Positions 58,477 through 64,000 of a DNA stretch of 64,000 nt are shown one piece after another (the first letter of the stretch is position 1; each line of letters starts with the position of its first letter). This DNA comes from Roseibacillus sp. (GTDB lineage Bacteria > Verrucomicrobiota > Verrucomicrobiia > Verrucomicrobiales > Akkermansiaceae). Position numbers and translations under genes: made by a program. Below the pieces are notes generated by a model. That model did not search any database. It was given only the letters and a program-made list of their open reading frames with translations, and was not told the origin of the DNA. Location of the stretch: contig JBPOGI010000002.1 in NCBI GenBank assembly GCA_051251855.1, forward strand, positions 608,001 through 672,000, given 5' to 3'.

Positions 58477-59394
58477 ATGGATAGACGTCAATTTGTCACC
58501 GCTGCTGGAACTACTTTAGCCCTTGCTGGAGCAGGAAGAGGAATTGCTCAGGAAGCTGTAGCTGAGGCTACGGCATCAGGTGGAGCCGAGCCCTTTAAGG
58601 TTCTTTTCGCGCCGGGAGCACGCCACTTTGGAGGAGGGAAAACTTTGGAAGGGTATCTGGACGCCATTAAGAAGGCCTACGATTTTGGTTTTCGGGCTTG
58701 GGAGGATAATTGGCTGGTAAGACGAGCGGCTGGCGAGCAGGAGAAAATTGGTGAGCTTCTTCGAGAGAAGAAAATGACCATGGGGGTGTCGGTGGTAACG
58801 ACGGGTGGAGGGGCTCGCTTCTATGAAACGAGCGCTGAAGAGGAGAAAAATATTCTCGCTGATTATTCCAAGGCGGTTGAATTGGCGAAGTTGGTGGGTC
58901 ACAAGTGGTTCACTTTGGTTCCAGGAACTCGGGATGTCAGTCAGCCTCGCGAGGAGCAAATCAAGGGGTGTGTGGAGTTGATGCAGAAATGTTGTGATAT
59001 TTTTGAGGAGGCGGACCTTATCGCGGTGGTGGAGCCTCTGTCCCATGATATGGCGAAGAAACCAGTTCTGTTAGAGACTTTTAAAGAGGGGTTTGATTTT
59101 TGTAAGTTGGTGAACCGGCCTTCCTGCAAGTTGCTTGCGGACTATTACCACCAGCAGCAAGTGGGCGGGGATTTGATTAAAAATACTGACGAATGCTGGG
59201 AAGAGATTGCCTACGTTCAGTATGGAGATGTACCGGGGCGTAAGCAGCCGGGTACGGGTGAGATCAACTATGCCAATGTGACGAAGCACTTGCAGAAAAA
59301 GGGATATACTGGAGTGATTGGTTTGGAGCACGGGATCGAGGGGACTCCGGAGGATTTAGTGAAGTCTTATCGCGAGATTGACGCCGTTCTTTAG
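58477..59394 (+). CDS. Tat-exported xylose isomerase-like TIM barrel (hydroxypyruvate isomerase family)
   Basis: MDRRQFV twin-arginine signal; EPL, DYYHQQ, GDVPGR.QPGTGEINY and GLEH motifs. Confidence 0.88.
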   Translation: MDRRQFVTAAGTTLALAGAGRGIAQEAVAEATASGGAEPFKVLFAPGARHFGGGKTLEGYLDAIKKAYDFGFRAWEDNWLVRRAAGEQEKIGELLREKKMTMGVSVVTTGGGARFYETSAEEEKNILADYSKAVELAKLVGHKWFTLVPGTRDVSQPREEQIKGCVELMQKCCDIFEEADLIAVVEPLSHDMAKKPVLLETFKEGFDFCKLVNRPSCKLLADYYHQQQVGGDLIKNTDECWEEIAYVQYGDVPGRKQPGTGEINYANVTKHLQKKGYTGVIGLEHGIEGTPEDLVKSYREIDAVL

Positions 59395-59436
59395 GAGCTA
59401 TTGCAGGCGGCAATAAAGGCCGCCTCTCCGGCCCGA

Positions 59437-60378
59437 CTACGAGAACCAGAAGAACTTGGTGAGGTGAAAGAAGACGGGGGCCGCAAAGGCGAGGGAGTCG
59501 ATGCGGTCGAGAACTCCGCCGTGGCCAGGAATGAGGGTGCCGTAGTCTTTTGCTTGGTGGTCGCGCTTGATGGCAGAGAGGGTGAGGTCGCCGAAGAATC
59601 CGCAGGTGGCGATGAGGAGAGCCATGAGGCCGGCTTGCCACCAGAGAAAGGGAGTGATCCAGTAGAGGGCCATGCCAAGGGCGGCGGCGGTGAGGATTCC
59701 GCCGATGGTTCCTTCGAGGGTTTTGTTGGGTGAGACGTGGGGAGCGACGGGTCGCTTTCCGATTGATTTGCCCCAGATGTATTGAAAGACGTCGCTGCTT
59801 TGACAGATGATGACGAGGAAGAAGAGAAGCTTGGCACCAGTGGCCCAGTCTCCGAGAGAGAGGAGCGCGGGGGCGTGTGAGAGGGCGTAGACGCAGATGG
59901 CGAGAGCCCAATGGTTGCGCGCGGTTCTAAGAAGGAAGTCGTCGGTGGATTGGGCGAGGATGTTGCGGATGGGGAGAAAGAGGAATCCGTAGACGGGAAG
60001 GAAGATGGTCCAGATTCCGTAGCGGTCGAAGGCAAGGAAACTATAGTGGAGTGGGAGAAGGATGAAGAAGGACCAGGCGAGGGTGCGGTGATCGTGCCGG
60101 TGGGTCGACATGAGGGTGGTGAGTTCCCGCAGGGCTTGGAAGGACATGAGCGCGAACAAGAGAAGAGAACCTATTTTTCCAAAAAGAGAGGCGCCGACGA
60201 AGAGGGCGACCATGAACCACCACGAGTTGGTGCGTTGACGGAGGTCCTGGCAGAGCTTGGGATCCTTCTTGAGTGGAGTGAAGCGGCTGAGGGTGGCGAC
60301 GAGAAAGGACGCGAGAGCGAGGACTCCGAGGAGGAGGTAGAAGAGGAGCTGGAATTGGGGGTCGGCGAGGAGTTTCAT
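59437..60378 (-). CDS. Phosphatidate cytidylyltransferase (YnbB/CdsA family)
   Basis: SDVFQYIWGK, SPNKTLEG, SAIKRD...KD and GHGGVLDRIDSL motifs. Confidence 0.92.
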   Translation of the reverse strand: MKLLADPQFQLLFYLLLGVLALASFLVATLSRFTPLKKDPKLCQDLRQRTNSWWFMVALFVGASLFGKIGSLLLFALMSFQALRELTTLMSTHRHDHRTLAWSFFILLPLHYSFLAFDRYGIWTIFLPVYGFLFLPIRNILAQSTDDFLLRTARNHWALAICVYALSHAPALLSLGDWATGAKLLFFLVIICQSSDVFQYIWGKSIGKRPVAPHVSPNKTLEGTIGGILTAAALGMALYWITPFLWWQAGLMALLIATCGFFGDLTLSAIKRDHQAKDYGTLIPGHGGVLDRIDSLAFAAPVFFHLTKFFWFS

Positions 60379-60983
60379 TTGGTGGGTTCGTGAAGGTTGA
60401 GGAGGGATTGACGGCAGCGGTTGAGGAAGGGTGCTTTGGATTCGGAAGGGGTGAGTTTGAGGCTTGGGCCGAAGGTGGTGGTGGCGAGGAGGGGGAGAGG
60501 CAGAAATTCGCCTTTGGGGAGAATGCGAAAGGCGCCTTCGAGCCAGACGGGGACGAGTTCGACTTCGGGACGGCGGCGGGCGAGGTGGTAGATGCCGGAC
60601 TTGAAGTCTTGCAGGGTGTCACCGGCATCGCGGGTGCCTTCGGGGAAGATGATGAGGGAGTCGCCTTCGTCGAGTGCTTGGGACATAGCGTCGAGGGGAT
60701 TTTCTTGGCGGCAGAAACAACCCCGGTCGACCAGGAGGGCGCGGAAGACTTTGTGAGCGAGGAAGCGGCGGAGAGGGGTTTTGTTCCAGTAATCAGCGGC
60801 GCCGACAGGGCGGGAGCGTTCACGGATTTCGCGGGGAAGCGCGGCCCAGACCAAGAGGAAGTCGAGGTGGCTACTATGGTTTCCGTAGTAAATGCGTGGA
60901 GCATGGGAGTCGGTGGTGGGGTTGAGATTGTTGAGTCGGACGCCAGTGAGGGCGCGTAAGATGGGAGCGAGGGAGCGTTTCAT
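60375..60983 (-). CDS. Lysophospholipid acyltransferase (PlsC family)
   Basis: NHSSHLD, FPEGTR and FKSG motifs. Confidence 0.92.
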   Translation of the reverse strand: MKRSLAPILRALTGVRLNNLNPTTDSHAPRIYYGNHSSHLDFLLVWAALPREIRERSRPVGAADYWNKTPLRRFLAHKVFRALLVDRGCFCRQENPLDAMSQALDEGDSLIIFPEGTRDAGDTLQDFKSGIYHLARRRPEVELVPVWLEGAFRILPKGEFLPLPLLATTTFGPSLKLTPSESKAPFLNRCRQSLLNLHEPTK

Positions 60984-61657
60984 GAGGCAGACTGGTTAAG
61001 GGTTTTGAGGAGGTGGCGGCTGCGGGTCACGATGGTGAGGAGGGTTCCGAGGATGAGGGTTGAAAGGAGGACACTGAATCCAAGGGTTGGATTGGGGAGA
61101 AGGGCGACGAGGGGGAGGCCGACCATGAGGAGTCCGATGCGATGGGGTTTGGCGAGGGGGCCACGAAAGTCGTCTTCGTTAGTGAGGGTTTTGCCGAGGG
61201 CGCGGATGTATGCGGTGCCGAAGGCGAGGAGGGAGAGAAGGAGCCCGGCGCTGAGTCCGGTGAAGTCGAAGCGCCAGGCGAGTCCAAGTCCGATGAAAAT
61301 GAGGGCGTCGGAGAGGCGGTCGGGGGCTTCGTTGAAAAAGGCTCCGGTGCGAGTGGCTTTGTTGTTCTCGATGGCAATGAGGCCGTCGAGGAGGTTGCAG
61401 ATACCGCGGGCAAAGATGGCGATGACAGCCCCAATTGAGAGAGGAAAGATGGCCTGGGGAAGGAAGGGAATCGCGATGAGGGCAAGAGCGGCAATGAAAG
61501 CGCAGACGATGCTGAAGAGGGAGATGCTGTTGGGTTGGACTCCGCGACGAGCGAGAAGTCGGGCAGCGTATTGGATGAGACGGCTCGCGCGCAGGCTGAC
61601 GGGGCGGCGGCTGGTGTCGGGGAGTTCGGAGGTGGGAGTAGTAGTGAGGTCGGACAT
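60980..61657 (-). CDS. CDP-alcohol phosphatidyltransferase (YnbA-like)
   Basis: PNSIS and NLLDGLIA...GAFFNEAPDRLSD signature; GPLAKPHR. Confidence 0.9.
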   Translation of the reverse strand: MSDLTTTPTSELPDTSRRPVSLRASRLIQYAARLLARRGVQPNSISLFSIVCAFIAALALIAIPFLPQAIFPLSIGAVIAIFARGICNLLDGLIAIENNKATRTGAFFNEAPDRLSDALIFIGLGLAWRFDFTGLSAGLLLSLLAFGTAYIRALGKTLTNEDDFRGPLAKPHRIGLLMVGLPLVALLPNPTLGFSVLLSTLILGTLLTIVTRSRHLLKTLNQSAS

Positions 61658-61734
61658 GACCCCTGAACCATCTCAGGGGATTGAGATTTGGTGAAATCGA
61701 AGAATCTTATGCGAATATCGATTCAGTCGATGTT

Positions 61735-61951
61735 TGGAGTGCAGTGGCTCGACACCGCTTTTCGAAGTCACCCAATATGGACGAAAGGTAGAAGAGATGG
61801 CAGTTGTGGGTGAATACGGGAGGAGAGGTTGAAACAGTGCTCTAGCGAGTGCGCACTTTTGAGAAATTGTAGTATTAAGTCTATTGGGGGGATTTGTAAT
61901 CTATCCGGTTGTTTGCCCATGCGAAGAGCGGTGTCGAGCCACCGCACTCCA
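61735..61951. repeat. Inverted pair of 30-bp REP-like elements (REPIN/MITE-like)
   Basis: 61735-61764 TGGAGTGCAGTGGCTCGACACCGCTTTTCG vs reverse complement of 61922-61951, 28/30 identical; 157-bp spacer. Confidence 0.8.
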
Positions 61952-61959
61952 GAAGACGG

Positions 61960-63420
61960 TTAGGTGCCGCAGAAGGTGGCGGTGACGACTTGATCGGGGG
62001 TGGGCCGGGTTTCGTAGGGGGCGAATTTTTCGGACTCTTCGAAGGGGTGAGCGAGGGCGGCTTGGAGGGTTTGGAATGGGGCGAAGTCTCCGCGATAGCC
62101 GGCTTGGATGACTTCTTCCACGCGGTGATTGCGAGGGATGCGAATGGGGTTGGCGGCGCGCATTTGGGTGAGGTTGGGCTGGTCGTGAGTGACTTTTTTC
62201 CAGAGGGCGAGCCAGTCTTGCGCGGATTCTGGGTTGTCGAAGAGGGAGAGGAGGTCGCTTTCGCCGTTGGGCTCATTGGCGGCGTGGCGGGTGAGGTGAC
62301 GGAAGAAGAGGGTGAAGTCGACTTGTTGGTTGGCGAGGAGTTCGAGGGAGGAGCGGATGAGGTCGGGATCGGTTTCGGAGGGGATGCCGAGCTTGGCGCA
62401 GAAACGAGAGTGGTAGTGACTACCGAATTGTTCGGCGTAACCTTCGAGGGCGTCTTCGGCGAGGGTTTTGGCTTTATCGAGTTCGGGGTCTAACAGGGGG
62501 AGAAGGGTTTCGGCGAAGCGACTGAGGTTCCAGAGTCCGATGTTGGGTTGGTTGCCCCATGAGTAGCGGGCATCGCGGTCGATGGAGCTGAAGACGCATT
62601 GGGGATGGAATTCTTCCATGAACGCGCAGGGGCCGTAGTCGATGGTCTCGCCGGAGAGGGCGCAGTTGTCGGTGTTCATGACGCCGTGGATGAAGCCGAG
62701 ACTCATCCAATGAGGGATGAGTTGGGCTTGGGCGGTGATGACGCTTTCGAGGAGGGCGAGGGTGGAGTTGGGTGCGTTGGCTGCTTCGGGGTAGTGGCGG
62801 TTGATGGTGTAGTCCGCGAGGGTGCGGAGGGCATCGTGGTCTTCGCGGGCAGCGAAGTATTGGAAGGTTCCGACGCGGAGGTGGCTGGCGGCGACGCGGG
62901 TGAAGACGCCGCCCATGACGTGGCCTTCTTGGCGATAGACTGTTTCACCCGTGGAAACGGCGGCAAGGGCGCGGGTGGTGGGGACTCCGAGGGCGTGCAT
63001 CGCTTCGCTGACGAGGTATTCGCGCAAGACCGGGCCGAGGGCGGATTTGCCGTCGCCTTGACGGGAGAAGGGAGTGCGGCCGGAGCCTTTCAGTTGAATG
63101 TCGCGTGGACCGTTGGCGGTGGGGACTTCGCCTAACAGGAGGGCGCGTCCATCACCGAGTTGGGGAGAGAAGCCGCCGAATTGGTGTCCGGCGTAGGCTT
63201 GGGCGAGAGGTTCGGAGCCGGGGGCGATAGTATTGCCGGAGAAGACGGCGAGGGCTTCGGGGGTGGTGAGCCAGTTGGGGTCGATGCCGAGTTCGGTGGC
63301 GAGGGTGGAGTTGGTGGCGATGAGCTGGGGGCTGGGGACTTTTGAGGGAGGTTGCTTGGCGTAGAATTTCTCCGGGAGCTTGGCGTAGGTGTTTTGGAAA
63401 GGGATGGGGTTGTTCGGCAC
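61960..63420 (-). CDS. selO: Protein adenylyltransferase SelO (YdiU family)
   Basis: YAGHQFG, LGDGRA, QLKGSG.TPFSR.GDG, GFIHGVMNTDN, IDYGP, IPRNH and C-terminal TFCGT motifs. Confidence 0.95.
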   Translation of the reverse strand: MPNNPIPFQNTYAKLPEKFYAKQPPSKVPSPQLIATNSTLATELGIDPNWLTTPEALAVFSGNTIAPGSEPLAQAYAGHQFGGFSPQLGDGRALLLGEVPTANGPRDIQLKGSGRTPFSRQGDGKSALGPVLREYLVSEAMHALGVPTTRALAAVSTGETVYRQEGHVMGGVFTRVAASHLRVGTFQYFAAREDHDALRTLADYTINRHYPEAANAPNSTLALLESVITAQAQLIPHWMSLGFIHGVMNTDNCALSGETIDYGPCAFMEEFHPQCVFSSIDRDARYSWGNQPNIGLWNLSRFAETLLPLLDPELDKAKTLAEDALEGYAEQFGSHYHSRFCAKLGIPSETDPDLIRSSLELLANQQVDFTLFFRHLTRHAANEPNGESDLLSLFDNPESAQDWLALWKKVTHDQPNLTQMRAANPIRIPRNHRVEEVIQAGYRGDFAPFQTLQAALAHPFEESEKFAPYETRPTPDQVVTATFCGT

Positions 63421-63546
63421 GGGGAAAAGATAAGGTGCTTTGGGAGGAGGGCAATCTTTGTTCGTTTTTGAGAGTCCAGAGATGGGGTTGTTAGAAGTTT
63501 GGGAGAGGTATTTAAGGTAAGAAGGCCTGAGGAAGGCGAACCGGTG

Positions 63547-63576
63547 GGGCCGGTCAAAGACCAGCGCTCCCAGTGG
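63547..63576 (-). repeat. REP-like palindrome, copy of 28110-28139
   Basis: 29/30 identity with the copy between queC and alkB. Confidence 0.75.
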
Positions 63577-63592
63577 ATGCTCCCAGTGTGGG

Positions 63593-64000
63593 TTAGTGGA
63601 AGTCGTGGGAGGAGATGTTGAGGGTGTTGGGGAGGTGGTTGAGGGGCCAGAGGTTGTGGGTGTAGACGGAGGCGTTGTTGCCTTCGCCGATTTGGAGGGC
63701 GCCTTCGATGAGGAGGAAAGGTTCGGTGGTGATGGTGAGGCGGTGATGCTCGAAGGTTTTTCGAGGGACGAAGATGTTGGCGATGCCGGTTTCGTCTTCG
63801 AGGGAAATGAAGCAGTGGCCCTTGGCGGTTTGCGGGCGCTGGCGGCAGATGACCATGCCGGCGATTTGAAGGTAGGAGCCGTGGGGGAGGTCGGGGAGTT
63901 GGGTGGCGGTTTTTAAGGAGGAGGGAGATTTTCGTCCCTCTTTTGACGAGGCAGTGGGGAGGGACAGGAATCTCCCTCCTCCTTTGTTCATTTGGCTGCG
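63593..64000 (-). CDS. dnaE2: 3' end of error-prone DNA polymerase DnaE2 (partial)
   Basis: OB-fold AGMVICRQRPQTAKG..FISLEDETG and diagnostic C-terminal SHDFH. Confidence 0.9.
   Translation of the reverse strand, partial: RSQMNKGGGRFLSLPTASSKEGRKSPSSLKTATQLPDLPHGSYLQIAGMVICRQRPQTAKGHCFISLEDETGIANIFVPRKTFEHHRLTITTEPFLLIEGALQIGEGNNASVYTHNLWPLNHLPNTLNISSHDFH
63915..63984. repeat. Inverted pair of 26-bp REP-like elements inside dnaE2
   Basis: 63915-63940 AAGGAGGAGGGAGATTTTCGTCCCTC vs reverse complement of 63959-63984 AAGGAGGAGGGAGATTCCTGTCCCTC, 23/26 identical. Confidence 0.8.

Noticed and set aside
61960..61975. Selenocysteine recoding at the SelO C-terminus
   Set aside because: The protein ends in Cys (TFCGT) followed by TAA, with no in-frame TGA

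Overview
Chromosomal window from a Verrucomicrobia-like bacterium. The taxon is inferred from a PEP-CTERM protein, an ECF-sigma/Ser-Thr kinase pair and lineage-typical secreted proteins. Housekeeping genes (crcB, trpF, uvrA, murJ, gap, queC, prmC, bioA, pdxH, hpf, hemW, selO, dnaE2 3' end, tRNA-Val-GAC) are interleaved with large secreted multidomain proteins and carbohydrate-active enzymes. Most notable: (1) an apparent local ECF/kinase regulon, in which the same TGAAACG-N15-CGARAGA promoter-like motif precedes the kinase and two neighbouring secreted-protein genes; (2) GGAG-footed REP-like palindromes, two of them lying in-frame inside hemW and dnaE2; (3) a C-terminal module shared by six otherwise unrelated secreted proteins, possibly a sorting signal; (4) MurJ with a ~178-aa inserted domain; (5) an SF1 helicase-nuclease whose frame extends ~97 codons beyond the last canonical start, behind a coupled in-frame uORF; (6) a PEP-CTERM plus vitamin-K-dependent-carboxylase-like pair beside tRNA-Val. 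No CRISPR array, integrase or transposase was seen. All calls are by eye, without database searches.
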